Below are positions 1-9,531 of a stretch of DNA of 64,000 bases, in pieces (the stretch's first letter is position 1; every line of letters starts with the position of its first letter). Made by a program: the position numbers and the translations under genes. Under the pieces are notes generated by a model. It saw nothing but the letters and a program-made list of their open reading frames with translations. It was not told the origin of the DNA and made no database searches. This DNA is from a bacterium. Its GTDB lineage: Bacteria; Patescibacteriota; Minisyncoccia; JACQLN01. The stretch is from the NCBI GenBank assembly GCA_030697795.1, contig JAUYOV010000007.1, positions 9,810 through 73,809 of the forward strand, in the 5' to 3' direction.

Positions 1-14
1 AGAAACTATAATAT

Positions 15-275
15 TTGTCTATGGTTATTTTTACCAAACACGCTTTGGATAAATTCACTGTCCTCAAAAAACACGAGATTTTAGTATCAAAAAATATAGT
101 TATAAAAGCTGTGACTAAACCAGACACAATAGACCATTCCCGTTCACCTTTGCTAATTGGACAAGTGAGATTTGACAAGAGCCATGTTTTAAGGGTAGTT
201 TATAAAAAAGAAGGCGGGAATAAAAAAATAATAACTTTCTATCCTGGCAGAAAAACACAATATGAAAAAAAATAA
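15..275 (+). CDS. DUF4258-like small protein (putative toxin of a DUF4258/DUF2283 pair)
   Basis: 86-aa ORF. 'IFTKHAL...RVVY...ITFYP' pattern recalled for DUF4258. Overlaps the downstream DUF2283-like gene by 14 bp. Confidence 0.5.
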   Translation: MSMVIFTKHALDKFTVLKKHEILVSKNIVIKAVTKPDTIDHSRSPLLIGQVRFDKSHVLRVVYKKEGGNKKIITFYPGRKTQYEKK

Positions 276-504
276 ATTAAAATTGCGTTACGAACCTGAT
301 GCCGATGTCTTAAGTTGGGAGGTTTCGGCTAAACCTATTGATTTTGCCGAAGAAATCGGCAATATGGTGGTGCATTTTTCCAAAGATAATACACCTGTTT
401 TGTTCGAAATCCTGGATGCCAGCAGTTTTATTAAAAAAGCCGATAATTTGGTCCGCGAAGAATTTACTGCCAATAAAAGAATGACGGTTCCAGTTTCTAG
501 ATAA
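262..504 (+). CDS. DUF2283-like small protein (putative antitoxin partner)
   Basis: 80-aa ORF 'LRYEPDADVLSWEV...EILDAS' typical of DUF2283. Operonic with the DUF4258-like gene. Confidence 0.5.
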   Translation: MKKNKLKLRYEPDADVLSWEVSAKPIDFAEEIGNMVVHFSKDNTPVLFEILDASSFIKKADNLVREEFTANKRMTVPVSR

Positions 505-510
505 TACGAC

Positions 511-581
511 GGGCCTATAGTCTAGTGGTATGACACGTCCATGGCATGGATGAGGTCGGGGTTCGATTCCCCGTAGGTCCA
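511..581 (+). tRNA. tRNA-Ala (anticodon GGC)
   Basis: Cloverleaf read by hand: acceptor GGGCCTA/TAGGTCC with G3:U70, anticodon loop ATGGCAT, T-arm CGGGG-TTCGATT-CCCCG, discriminator A. No encoded CCA. Confidence 0.85.
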
Positions 582-689
582 CAGACACGTTTAACTCGCT
601 TAGTATTTGGCAAAATGATATAGTTTCAATTATCAACAGCCAAGTTGACTTCCAGATCAGATATCTGCTACACTGCGGGTACTAATCTC

Positions 690-725
690 ACTGCCTTCTT
701 GGCGCAAGCCAGGACGGCAGTTTTA
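690..725 (+). terminator. hairpin (ACTGCC...GGCAGT) plus TTTT downstream of tRNA-Ala
   Basis: Inverted repeat followed by a T-run, immediately upstream of the NYN gene start. Confidence 0.4.
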
Positions 726-729
726 ATTT

Positions 730-1332
730 ATGGACCAAACAATTAAAAACCGAGCTTTAGTTTTTATAGATGGAAATAACTTCTACTATAAATTAAAAGA
801 CTTTGTATCCGAGAAATCAGAGATTTTTAAGTTACTAGATTTTGATTATCGGAAATTCTGCACAAACCTAGTAAAAGAAAACCTGTTGGTTGAAATAAGA
901 TATTATGTTGGCGACATCAGAAGAAAAAATGGAATCAACAAAGATAAATCTGAAAAACTTTATGCTAATCAACAAAAACTACTGGCAAAACTACAGCAAC
1001 AAAATATACCCGTGGTATTAGGTAATTTAATACAGCACCCAGATAAAAGCTTCCACGAAAAAGGTGTAGATGTAAGAATAGCAGTATAGATGATAAGACT
1101 TGCCAGAGAAAACAAATACGATATTGCGTATTTGTTAAGTTCTGATACCGATTTAGTACCAGCAGTAGAAGAAGCCAGATCACTTAATAAGCATGTCTGC
1201 TATGTTGGAACACCGAAAGGACAATCGTTCGGTTTAACAAAGACATCCAATAATACAATTCTTTTGAGAAGCGAAGATATAATGCCCTACCTACCAGAAA
1301 CATTACTAGATAATACCAATAGTTCACTCTAG
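730..1332 (+). pseudogene. NYN/LabA-like PIN-domain nuclease gene interrupted by an in-frame TAG (1087-1089)
   Basis: ORFs 730-1089 and 1090-1332 are in the same frame and together give a contiguous NYN domain ('ALVFIDGNNFYY...GVDVRIAV*MIRLA...YDIAYLLSSDTDLVPAVEEA'). The stop sits where the conserved Asp of the 'AVDM' motif is expected. Confidence 0.55.
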
Positions 1333-1409
1333 GATTTAGAGAAATAAGATTATGGAATTGAAAAAATAACATTCCGATCTTTTAATACGTAACGGCATCA
1401 CTCTAAATT

Positions 1410-1440
1410 CCCCCCGAAGGGTTACCCTTCGGGGGATTTA
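1410..1440. repeat. palindromic element CCCCCGAAGGGTTACCCTTCGGGGG+ATTTA (copy 1)
   Basis: Perfect hairpin-forming palindrome. The 23-bp core and flanking ATTTA are identical to the copy at 9536-9563. Confidence 0.8.
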
Positions 1441-1521
1441 ATTGACTCAAATAAAAAATATTGCTTAGCTTTAGATAACATTTAAGCTAGTTCTTCTAAA
1501 CCCCAAACAAGGAGTGGCGTT

Positions 1522-1704
1522 ATGACCGAAAGATCGCGTCGCCCAGCGAAGCCAATTGATGAAGAAGATCCTCACGAACCAGAAGACGGTCCTCGTCGAC
1601 CCAAGATTAATCGACCCGACGTGGGCAGAGTCCTTCGAAGAATGAACCAAGTTCCGCGAGACAAAGCCAGAAGATACGCCAATCCGCAAAACATCGGTCA
1701 ATAA
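1522..1704 (+). CDS. small basic/acidic proline-rich hypothetical protein (60 aa), GC-rich
   Basis: AAGGAG RBS 8 nt upstream of ATG. Clean rho-independent terminator directly downstream. Composition is clearly more GC-rich than the flanks. No family recognised. Confidence 0.35.
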   Translation: MTERSRRPAKPIDEEDPHEPEDGPRRPKINRPDVGRVLRRMNQVPRDKARRYANPQNIGQ

Positions 1705-1711
1705 TCCCCAC

Positions 1712-1743
1712 GGGAACAGCTTTACGCTGTTCCCTCTTTTTAT
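1712..1743 (+). terminator. rho-independent terminator (GGGAACAGC-TTTAC-GCTGTTCCC + TCTTTTT)
   Basis: 9-bp perfect stem followed by a T-run. Confidence 0.6.
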
Positions 1744-1791
1744 ATTCAAAACATTGCCCATAAATACCAAAATTGATAAGATTGGCTCATA

Positions 1792-3573
1792 ATGCAATCT
1801 CAAATTAAACAGACTATAAGTGAAACTGTATCCAAGAAATTCGGCTTAAAAAATGTGCCGGATTTTTCAGTTGATATACCAGAAAAATCAGAACATGGCG
1901 ATTATGCTTCCAACATAGCCATGGTGTTAGCTCGAATATTAAAAAAGAATCCGTTGGAAATCGCCCATATAATTGATATGGAATTAGAGAAGTGGAATTT
2001 AAAAAATGGCTTAAAAACAGAAATTGCGTCGCCGGGTTTTATAAATTTCTTTATAGACACCAAGGGTTTGGGTTTGGTTTTAAAAGAAATAATTAAAAAG
2101 AAAGAAAAATTTGGCAGTGGTTTAAAAAAGAAAGAAACAATAATTATTGAATATTCTTCGCCTAATATTGCTAAACCCATGGGCGTGCATCATTTACGCA
2201 CAACCATAATCGGGCAATCTTTGGTTAATATGTATAACTTTTTGGGTTATAAAGTTTTAGCTATGAGCTTCCCTGGCGATTGGGGCACACAATTTGGTTC
2301 TTTAATAGCCGCTTATAAAAAGTGGGGTAATGCTAAAAAATTTAAAGTCTCGCCCGTTAAAGAAATGCTAAATCTCTATGTAAGATATAGCCATTTAGCT
2401 GAAAACGACGAAACATTGCAAGAAGAAGCTCGGCTGGAATTTAGAAAACTAGAACAAGGTAATAAAGAAAACCGAAGAATCTGGCATTTATTTAGAAAAG
2501 AATCTTTTAAAGATTTCGATAGAGTTTATAAAAAATTAGGCATTAAAATTCCTTTGGTTTTTGCCGAAAGTTTTTTCGAACCCTATTTAAAACAAGTTAT
2601 TGCAGACGCTTCTAATAAAAAAATTGCCGAACGTGGCGAAAACAACTCGCTGGTTGTTAAATTTAAAGACAATACTCCACCATTACTATTACAAAAATCC
2701 GACGGCGCCACACTTTATGCCACTCGAGACCTTGCCCAAATGAAATATCGGGTTCAAAAATGGCATCCTTCTAAAATAATTATTGTGGTGGCCAGCCAAC
2801 AAACGCTTTATTTTAACCAAGTTTTTAAAACCGCCGAAATGCTGGGTTATGCCAAAAAAGAAAATATGCAACATGTTAAATTTGGCATGGTTTTAGATTC
2901 CACTGGCAAAAAATTCGCCACGCGTGAAGGCAAGCTTATTCCCCTAGCCGATGTTTTAGACGAAGCAGTACGTCGAGCAAGAAAAGTTATAGATAAACTT
3001 AATCCTGAATCATTTCAAAAAGCAAAGCCCCGCACTGTCACACGACTTGTCCGCAGTAGCTTTAGCGGAGGCGGGAGCAAGTCTAGTGCTGGGGAAAAAG
3101 ATAAAATTGCCAAGATTGTTGGCCTAGGCGCAGTTAAATTCTTTGATCTTTCGCAAAATCGCTTAAGCGATATCGTTTTTGATTGGGACAAAATGCTAAA
3201 CCTCAAAGGCGCTTCGGCCCCATATATTCAATATTCTTATGCTCGGCTCAAAAGTATTTTAAGAAAAAATAAAAGTAAAATTATAAAATTTAATGTTGAG
3301 CTATTAAAAGAAAAAGAAGAAGTCTCTTTACTGCGCCACTTAATCCATTTTTCCGAAATCATAACCGACTCCGCCATTAAATACGAACCTAACCACCTAG
3401 CCGAGTATTTACTAAGACTAGCCGAGAAAGTAAACCATTTTTATGAAACTACGCCTATTCTTAAATCCGAAAAAGAAGTGCGTGCTTCAAGGTTGGCTTT
3501 AATAACAGCTGTGTGTAGTATTATAAAATCGGGTCTAGAACTTCTGGGCATAGAAGTGACGGAGAGGATGTGA
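1792..3573 (+). CDS. argS: arginine--tRNA ligase
   Basis: 593 aa. N-terminal Arg-tRNA synthetase domain, class I 'PMGVHHLRTTIIGQ' HIGH-like motif, and a C-terminal DALR anticodon-binding region. Confidence 0.9.
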   Translation: MQSQIKQTISETVSKKFGLKNVPDFSVDIPEKSEHGDYASNIAMVLARILKKNPLEIAHIIDMELEKWNLKNGLKTEIASPGFINFFIDTKGLGLVLKEIIKKKEKFGSGLKKKETIIIEYSSPNIAKPMGVHHLRTTIIGQSLVNMYNFLGYKVLAMSFPGDWGTQFGSLIAAYKKWGNAKKFKVSPVKEMLNLYVRYSHLAENDETLQEEARLEFRKLEQGNKENRRIWHLFRKESFKDFDRVYKKLGIKIPLVFAESFFEPYLKQVIADASNKKIAERGENNSLVVKFKDNTPPLLLQKSDGATLYATRDLAQMKYRVQKWHPSKIIIVVASQQTLYFNQVFKTAEMLGYAKKENMQHVKFGMVLDSTGKKFATREGKLIPLADVLDEAVRRARKVIDKLNPESFQKAKPRTVTRLVRSSFSGGGSKSSAGEKDKIAKIVGLGAVKFFDLSQNRLSDIVFDWDKMLNLKGASAPYIQYSYARLKSILRKNKSKIIKFNVELLKEKEEVSLLRHLIHFSEIITDSAIKYEPNHLAEYLLRLAEKVNHFYETTPILKSEKEVRASRLALITAVCSIIKSGLELLGIEVTERM

Positions 3574-3757
3574 GGGCTTTGTTCGTAAACGAAGTGAGCG
3601 GTAACAAAACCTTGCCCAGCACCTTTTTTTGTATAGACCCAATGATAAATTCTGTTTCGATAACAAAGTTTGATATAATATAAACATTATAAACATATAA
3701 AAAGGTGCTGGGTGCTCAACTTTATAGTTGCTCGCCTTGCTCGCAAATAAAATTGGC

Positions 3758-4813
3758 ATGAACCCAATCGTTGAAGCCATCAAAAAAGTTAAGCCCGCGG
3801 TTGTTAGCATTGTTATCACCAAAGAAATTACCGAAGAAATGCTAAGCCAGATGCCTTACTTTGGCGAAGGTGGCGTATTAACTCCGCCAGAAAAAAATTC
3901 TGGGGAAATTAAAAAAGAAATTCCTAAAGACCACGAAAAAATAAAAGTGGGCGGCGGTTCGGGTTTTATAGTTTCCCGCGATGGCTTAGTTTTAACCAAT
4001 AAACACGTAGTCCAAGACCCCGAAGCTACCTATACTGTGGTAACCGAAGACGACTATCACTTCCCGGCCAAGGTTTTAGCCCGTGACCCCATAAACGACA
4101 TTGCTATTTTAAAAATAGAAAACAATAAAGAATTTCCTTACGTTAAACTAGCCGACGCCAATAAACTGGACCTAGGCGAAACTGTGGTAGCTATTGGTAA
4201 CACCTTAGGCGAATTTAAAAATACTGTTTCGGCTGGCGTGGTTTCGGGTTTATCCAGATTCATTACCGCTCAAAATGAATTTAACGGCGAACCCTCTTTT
4301 TTGCGTGGCTTGGTTCAAACCGACGCCGCTATTAACCCCGGCAATTCGGGCGGGCCTTTAATTAATATGCGGGGTGAAGCCATTGGCATAAACGTAGCCG
4401 TAATACTGGGCGCCCAAAATGTTGGCTTTGCCATCCCTATAAATTCTGCGGCCAGAGACTTAGAAGACTTAAAAAAGTTCGGCCGACTACGAAAACCATT
4501 CTTAGGCGTAAGATATTTAATTATAAACAAAGACATGAAAGATAAGTTGAAGTTGCCGGTTGAAGCCGGTGCTTATGTTATGAAAGAAAATGCGCCCGGC
4601 GATGAAGCCGTGGTAAAAAATAGCCCAGCCGACAAAGCTGGCTTAAAAGAAAAAGATATTATATTAGAATTTAACGGCGCCAAATTAACCAGCGAAAAAA
4701 ACTTGCAAGATGTTTTAGAAAACTGCAAAATCGGCGAAAGCGTGCCACTTAAAGTTTTGCGAAACGGCGGAGAATTAGAACTAAAATTGATGCTGGAAGA
4801 AAGAAAGTTTTAA
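3758..4813 (+). CDS. HtrA/DegP-family serine protease with C-terminal PDZ domain
   Basis: Catalytic triad context 'TNKHVV', 'DIAILKI', 'GNSGGPLIN'. PDZ-like C-terminus. Start placed at the ATG rather than the upstream TTG. No obvious signal peptide. Confidence 0.8.
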   Translation: MNPIVEAIKKVKPAVVSIVITKEITEEMLSQMPYFGEGGVLTPPEKNSGEIKKEIPKDHEKIKVGGGSGFIVSRDGLVLTNKHVVQDPEATYTVVTEDDYHFPAKVLARDPINDIAILKIENNKEFPYVKLADANKLDLGETVVAIGNTLGEFKNTVSAGVVSGLSRFITAQNEFNGEPSFLRGLVQTDAAINPGNSGGPLINMRGEAIGINVAVILGAQNVGFAIPINSAARDLEDLKKFGRLRKPFLGVRYLIINKDMKDKLKLPVEAGAYVMKENAPGDEAVVKNSPADKAGLKEKDIILEFNGAKLTSEKNLQDVLENCKIGESVPLKVLRNGGELELKLMLEERKF

Positions 4814-4821
4814 AATAACCC

Positions 4822-4889
4822 CCGCACTTTTTTAACCAAAAAAGTGCGGAATAAAAAAGCCCCGATACTACGTCGGGACTTTTATTTTT
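4822..4889. terminator. two tandem hairpins between convergent genes (CCGCAC.../GTGCGG; CCCGA.../TCGGG + T-run)
   Basis: Inverted repeats with T-runs; a bidirectional terminator region. Confidence 0.55.
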
Positions 4890-4893
4890 GTTG

Positions 4894-5283
4894 TTAAGCA
4901 GAGAAATCAGTATTTCTACCTATACCCGCACCCTTTTGGGTCGCTTTTCTGACCTTGCCGATTTTTTCAGTCAACTTATCAGTCAAACTAGTCTTTTGTT
5001 TTTCAATAGTAAAATTGGGTATGCCTCCACCTTTTCGAGTAAGCTTTAGAGAGGTTGCTTGAAAATCAACATTATTTACTTTCATACTATTACCCTGCCT
5101 TTCTACTTTTATGGGTTTTGGAGTATTTACTCTAGAGCCAAATTCAGGCGTTATAGCCCCTTGAGGGTCATATCTAGTGCCAAGAAACCTTGCTTTTATC
5201 AAGGGTGCTGCTATGGGCCGAGCGTTAACCAAAGACACCGCTTCACGTCCTATAGCACCAGGAAATACCGCGTTTTTTATCAT
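4894..5283 (-). CDS. hypothetical protein (129 aa), moderately GC-rich with strong SD
   Basis: AAGGAGG is 5 nt upstream of the start. No recognised domain. Confidence 0.45.
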   Translation of the reverse strand: MIKNAVFPGAIGREAVSLVNARPIAAPLIKARFLGTRYDPQGAITPEFGSRVNTPKPIKVERQGNSMKVNNVDFQATSLKLTRKGGGIPNFTIEKQKTSLTDKLTEKIGKVRKATQKGAGIGRNTDFSA

Positions 5284-5363
5284 ATTTGCCTCCTTAACAA
5301 CAAGTAAAGAACTGCCTTATATTAAGAATATACGACGACAAAACTAAAAAGTAAAGTCATTAA

Positions 5364-6050
5364 TTACTCTCTTTCTTTGGCATTAGCCTGTGTCATAAAA
5401 ACTCTTGGATTAAGCCAGTTGGATAATTCCGCTAAAGTATCCACATAACCTTTAATATCTAGGTCTGAATTTTTACTAAGCCCAAAGTGCAAATGTTTTC
5501 TTTCGGCTGCGGTCTCGCTAGTGTAAGCCGCGCCCAAGTAGCCTATTAAATAACCAGAAGTTATTTTTTGCCCCTCGCTAACTTTAATATCCCTTAAACG
5601 CAGGTGTCCATAAACACTGGTTAAATCTTTATTACCTTCAAAATTATGTTTTATAGCTACCACCCCGCCATAACCGCTGGCCTCGCCTACCTTAGTTACC
5701 TCGCCCCCATAAATTGAATAAACTGGAATATTTTTATCTAAATCTTCTTCTTCAATTTCTATATCTACACCTGAATGATAACCTACAAATCGGCCCGCAC
5801 GATAAACTCCAAACGGGTTTACTGTTTGGTTATTATAAAAATTTTTTATGGGCAAATATATTTCTCCGTTAGTTGCTCTAAAAGCAGAACTAGCGCTAGC
5901 ATACGATGGATAGCCCAAACTTTCTAAAGTTTTTTCTATAAACTCTTCTTCGGAAAAATTAGCTGTTTTTTTAGAATCAGAATAATTTGTCCAGATACTT
6001 CCCGCAACCAAAGCAGTAAAAAGTATTAATATTAAAATTTTTAATATCAT
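5364..6050 (-). CDS. M23 family metallopeptidase (LytM-like) with N-terminal membrane anchor
   Basis: 'YHSGVD' and 'HLHFG' zinc-binding motifs; hydrophobic N-terminus. Confidence 0.8.
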   Translation of the reverse strand: MILKILILILFTALVAGSIWTNYSDSKKTANFSEEEFIEKTLESLGYPSYASASSAFRATNGEIYLPIKNFYNNQTVNPFGVYRAGRFVGYHSGVDIEIEEEDLDKNIPVYSIYGGEVTKVGEASGYGGVVAIKHNFEGNKDLTSVYGHLRLRDIKVSEGQKITSGYLIGYLGAAYTSETAAERKHLHFGLSKNSDLDIKGYVDTLAELSNWLNPRVFMTQANAKERE

Positions 6051-7700
6051 TTAATTTGTTTCGTTGGTATCAAAATGTTTTAAGGCGTAGGCCAAGCTAG
6101 AACCAATTTTTTTGCCAGGGTTAAAAATATTAGCCGGATCAAATATATTCTTTAAATCTTCGAATATTTTATAAACCTCGCTACCAAAAAATTGTTTTAA
6201 ATATGGCCCCCTTATTAAGCCATCGTTATGTTCGGCAGTAATAGAGCCATTAAACTTAAGTAATAAGTCGTAAACATGGCGGCTTATGCTAAGTATGGAA
6301 TCTTTGGTCTTGGGATCAGCTAAATCCATTAAAGGTATTATATGAAAATTGCCATCGCCCACATGCCCAGCTATGGTATAAATTATGGGGTAGCCATCTA
6401 AAATTTTATAAAGCTGAGGCAAAAATTCTGGCAAATGATCTGGGTTTACAATAATATCGTCTATAAAAGGTGCGGTACGTAGATTTTTTATCTTTTGGCG
6501 TAAAAAATTAAAACTCTCTCTTCTAATTACCCAATATTTTTCTGTATCATAGCCCGGCAAAGTTATTTTAGTATCTAACTTAAACCCCACCAAAGCCTTC
6601 TCAGCGGCTTTTGTTTTTTTATAGGCCATATCCGCGGTCTCGCTAGAAAACTCTGCCAATATAATCAACTTGGGCATACCCTTGGTAAAAATAAGCCAAA
6701 ATTCGTGCAAAAAATTAAAACCTAATCTAAATATATTGCCTTTTAACTTTTTAGCCAGATCCGGTAAAAGTTTAATAGCAATCTTAAAAGTATGATCGTC
6801 GTAAGATTCTAAACTTTCTGGTTTAAATTCTAAAAGCTTGTGCGTTATTTCAGCCAAACGCTTTAAATCCTTAAGAAATACCACCAATAACCGGCGGTTA
6901 TTTTTTGGCTTTATTAAGCCAAATTTAATTTCGGTTATAATTCCCAGCGTGCCTTGAGAACCCACCAAAACTTTAGTGAGATCAAAAACTTTTGTGCTTG
7001 GATTATAAACATCCCATAAATAATAGCCCGAAGAGTTTTTACTAACCTTAGGCTTAACCTGCTGTAGCGCCTCGTAATTATTCATTACCAGATCCGAAAC
7101 TTTTCTATATATTTCCCCTTCTAAATTTTCTAGATTTTTCTTGGCTTCTAACTGGTCTGCCGAAATAGGCCCGAAAGTATATTCCTGGCCATCTCGTAAA
7201 ATAATCTTTAATTCTTTTACATAATCTATGGTTTTCCCGTACGCTAACGTCTTCTCTCCACCAGCGTTATTTGAAACCATTCCGCCCACCGTGCAAATTT
7301 CACGCGAAGCTGGATAACTTGGTAAAAGCAAGCCCTTTTTTAAAGTCTCTTTTTCAAAATCTCTATAAAACAAGCCGGGTTCCACCACGGCATAATCGCT
7401 TCCGACTTCCTTTAATTTATTCATATGTTTAGAAACATCGGCTATTATGGATTCCGAAATTGCCCCGCCCGTCATATCGGTGCCGCCCGAACGCATAGTT
7501 ATAGATAAATTTGAGTCTTGCGACTTATTTTTGGACACAAACTTAACCAAATTTTTTAAATCATCAGTATCTTTAGGAAAAATAACAACTTTAGGTTTAA
7601 TTTTAAACAAACTAGCATCCCGACTATACTTTTCTAAGTCGGTTTCACTAGTTGTTATTTCTCCTTTAAAAAACTCCTTAATTTTTGAACCAATCTCCAT
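6051..7700 (-). CDS. FAD-binding oxidoreductase (PCMH-type, GlcD/D-lactate dehydrogenase-like)
   Basis: FAD_binding_4-like N-terminus ('MRSGGTDMTGG', 'TVGGMVSNNAGG') and FAD-oxidase C-terminal region. Confidence 0.7.
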   Translation of the reverse strand: MEIGSKIKEFFKGEITTSETDLEKYSRDASLFKIKPKVVIFPKDTDDLKNLVKFVSKNKSQDSNLSITMRSGGTDMTGGAISESIIADVSKHMNKLKEVGSDYAVVEPGLFYRDFEKETLKKGLLLPSYPASREICTVGGMVSNNAGGEKTLAYGKTIDYVKELKIILRDGQEYTFGPISADQLEAKKNLENLEGEIYRKVSDLVMNNYEALQQVKPKVSKNSSGYYLWDVYNPSTKVFDLTKVLVGSQGTLGIITEIKFGLIKPKNNRRLLVVFLKDLKRLAEITHKLLEFKPESLESYDDHTFKIAIKLLPDLAKKLKGNIFRLGFNFLHEFWLIFTKGMPKLIILAEFSSETADMAYKKTKAAEKALVGFKLDTKITLPGYDTEKYWVIRRESFNFLRQKIKNLRTAPFIDDIIVNPDHLPEFLPQLYKILDGYPIIYTIAGHVGDGNFHIIPLMDLADPKTKDSILSISRHVYDLLLKFNGSITAEHNDGLIRGPYLKQFFGSEVYKIFEDLKNIFDPANIFNPGKKIGSSLAYALKHFDTNETN

Positions 7701-7738
7701 TAGTTCAATTATAACATTTAGCTGGCTATGGAATGTAG

Positions 7739-8911
7739 CTAAGCTTTATAGATCCAATCGGTTTTCTCTATTAAGTTCTCAAAACTAAAATCTTTGACAA
7801 TTATCTTCTTTAAATTAACAGATATTTTTTGGCTAAATTCTTTGTCGTTATAAATTTTTAAAATAGATTTAGACAAAACCTCAACATTTTTAGGCTCAAT
7901 TAAGATACCTGTTTCACCATCTTTTATTATCTCGCCCACACCGCCAACATTGGTAGCTACAACAGGCACGCCCGCCATACCCGCCTCCAAAAGAGCGTAC
8001 GGAAAACCCTCTTTGGTAGAGCTCAAAACCATTGCATCAAACGCTTTTAGATATTGTGAAGCATTTGATTTATCACCAACTAAAAAAATATTGTTTCCTA
8101 ATTTATAACTATCAACCATTCCTTGGAGCGTTTGACGCTCTGGTCCATCGCCAAAAATAACTAGAATTACCTTCTGTTTTAATTCCTTAATAGATTCTAT
8201 TAAATAATTTAAACTCTTATTATTATATAACCTACCAAAATTAGTTATTACAAAATCATCTTCTGATAATTCTTTACCTATCATTTTACTGATCTCGGCC
8301 CTAGCAATTCCTTTGCTTAAAAAATTTTCTTTATTAACAGCGTTATAAACAATAAAAAGTTTTCTGGCTGGAGCTATTTTATGCTTAAGAGCTTTATTAA
8401 AATCATCTTCAGAAACACAAATAATTTTGTCTTGAAATTTAGCCGCTAACCAAGCAAGAAAAACTGTTACAAAACGTTTTTTGCTAGATATATCTTCCTT
8501 AAAAATCCAGCCATGGGCCGTAAACACAGTTTTTAGTTTATGGTTATTAGTTTTTAGTTTATAAAAGAACGCGGCCAGTGATCCAATTAAACCAACTTTG
8601 GAACTATGCAAATGCACAATATCCGGCTTTTCTTTTTTATATAATTTTAATATTTCAAAAAACACCAAAAAATCATCAAGGATATTTATATCCCTACCTA
8701 AAAATTTTAGATGATGAGTTTGTATTTTTTGAGCGCTTAATTTGCTAGCCAAATTCGAATCCTTCTCACCTCCCATAGCCACAAAAACTTCGTAAGAAGT
8801 TTTAAAACTATTAGCTAAATCAAATACATTTTTTTGCGCTCCGCCTACTACTCCTTGAGTTATGACAAACAATAGCTTTTTATGCATTTTGATGTGCTTA
8901 GATATTAACAC
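7739..8911 (-). CDS. GT4-family glycosyltransferase
   Basis: C-terminal 'EGFPYALLEAGMAGVPVVATNVGGVGEII' GT-B motif. Confidence 0.8.
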   Translation of the reverse strand: MLISKHIKMHKKLLFVITQGVVGGAQKNVFDLANSFKTSYEVFVAMGGEKDSNLASKLSAQKIQTHHLKFLGRDINILDDFLVFFEILKLYKKEKPDIVHLHSSKVGLIGSLAAFFYKLKTNNHKLKTVFTAHGWIFKEDISSKKRFVTVFLAWLAAKFQDKIICVSEDDFNKALKHKIAPARKLFIVYNAVNKENFLSKGIARAEISKMIGKELSEDDFVITNFGRLYNNKSLNYLIESIKELKQKVILVIFGDGPERQTLQGMVDSYKLGNNIFLVGDKSNASQYLKAFDAMVLSSTKEGFPYALLEAGMAGVPVVATNVGGVGEIIKDGETGILIEPKNVEVLSKSILKIYNDKEFSQKISVNLKKIIVKDFSFENLIEKTDWIYKA

Positions 8912-9026
8912 GCAAAAATACTCTTTTGTATCAAAAAATGGCCATTTATTAAGCTTATTGACCTACAGTAAGCTACCTGCTAACATGAGGCATACACATG
9001 AAGAAGCACTTCTTAGGGTTTTGTCC

Positions 9027-9527
9027 TTAAGCGGTGCTTTTTCTTTTACCTAACTTTTGGCTAAGGGTATCCATATAAAACATCTTTTCTTTGGCCGATT
9101 TCCTTAACAAACTTGAGCATGTTTTTATGTGCGGGCTTAAAACAGCGCTTAGCTTTTTATTATCATATAAATAACGCGCCAAAGAATAAAAATCACCGTC
9201 ACTTGTTACAAGGATCGCTTTATCATAATTTGGATAATCGATCATCGCTTGTAAAACCAAATCTGCATCTATATTGCCTTTCACACCGCCTTTGCCGTCT
9301 GGAAGCACTGGCTTAAACTTGAGCACAAAACCAGCTTTTTGAAGTTCATCATATAAATCATTATGCTCTGGTATAAAACCGATGAATAGATACGCAGTTT
9401 TAACCTTATACTTTTCGGCAAGATAAATACGAAAACGTAGCCAATCCAACGCCCAGCCCAAACTTTGAATCCCTTTATAGACATTCTGACTATCTATAAA
9501 CGCATAATTATTTTCCTTCTTTTTCAT
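9027..9527 (-). CDS. NYN-domain (PIN-like) protein
   Basis: 'YAFIDSQNV...GNIDADLVL...ILVTSDGDF' NYN pattern. This is the second NYN gene in the window. Confidence 0.7.
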   Translation of the reverse strand: MKKKENNYAFIDSQNVYKGIQSLGWALDWLRFRIYLAEKYKVKTAYLFIGFIPEHNDLYDELQKAGFVLKFKPVLPDGKGGVKGNIDADLVLQAMIDYPNYDKAILVTSDGDFYSLARYLYDNKKLSAVLSPHIKTCSSLLRKSAKEKMFYMDTLSQKLGKRKSTA

Positions 9528-9531
9528 TTTT

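Noticed and set aside
288-636. Minus-strand ORFs 288-473 and 310-636
   Set aside because: They overlap the DUF2283 gene and run through tRNA-Ala; they are spurious.
1471-1803. 110-aa minus-strand ORF overlapping the small GC-rich plus-strand gene and the argS start
   Set aside because: It has no RBS, overlaps the argS 5' end, and its frame is simply open opposite a GC-rich segment. The plus-strand mini-gene has an SD and a terminator.
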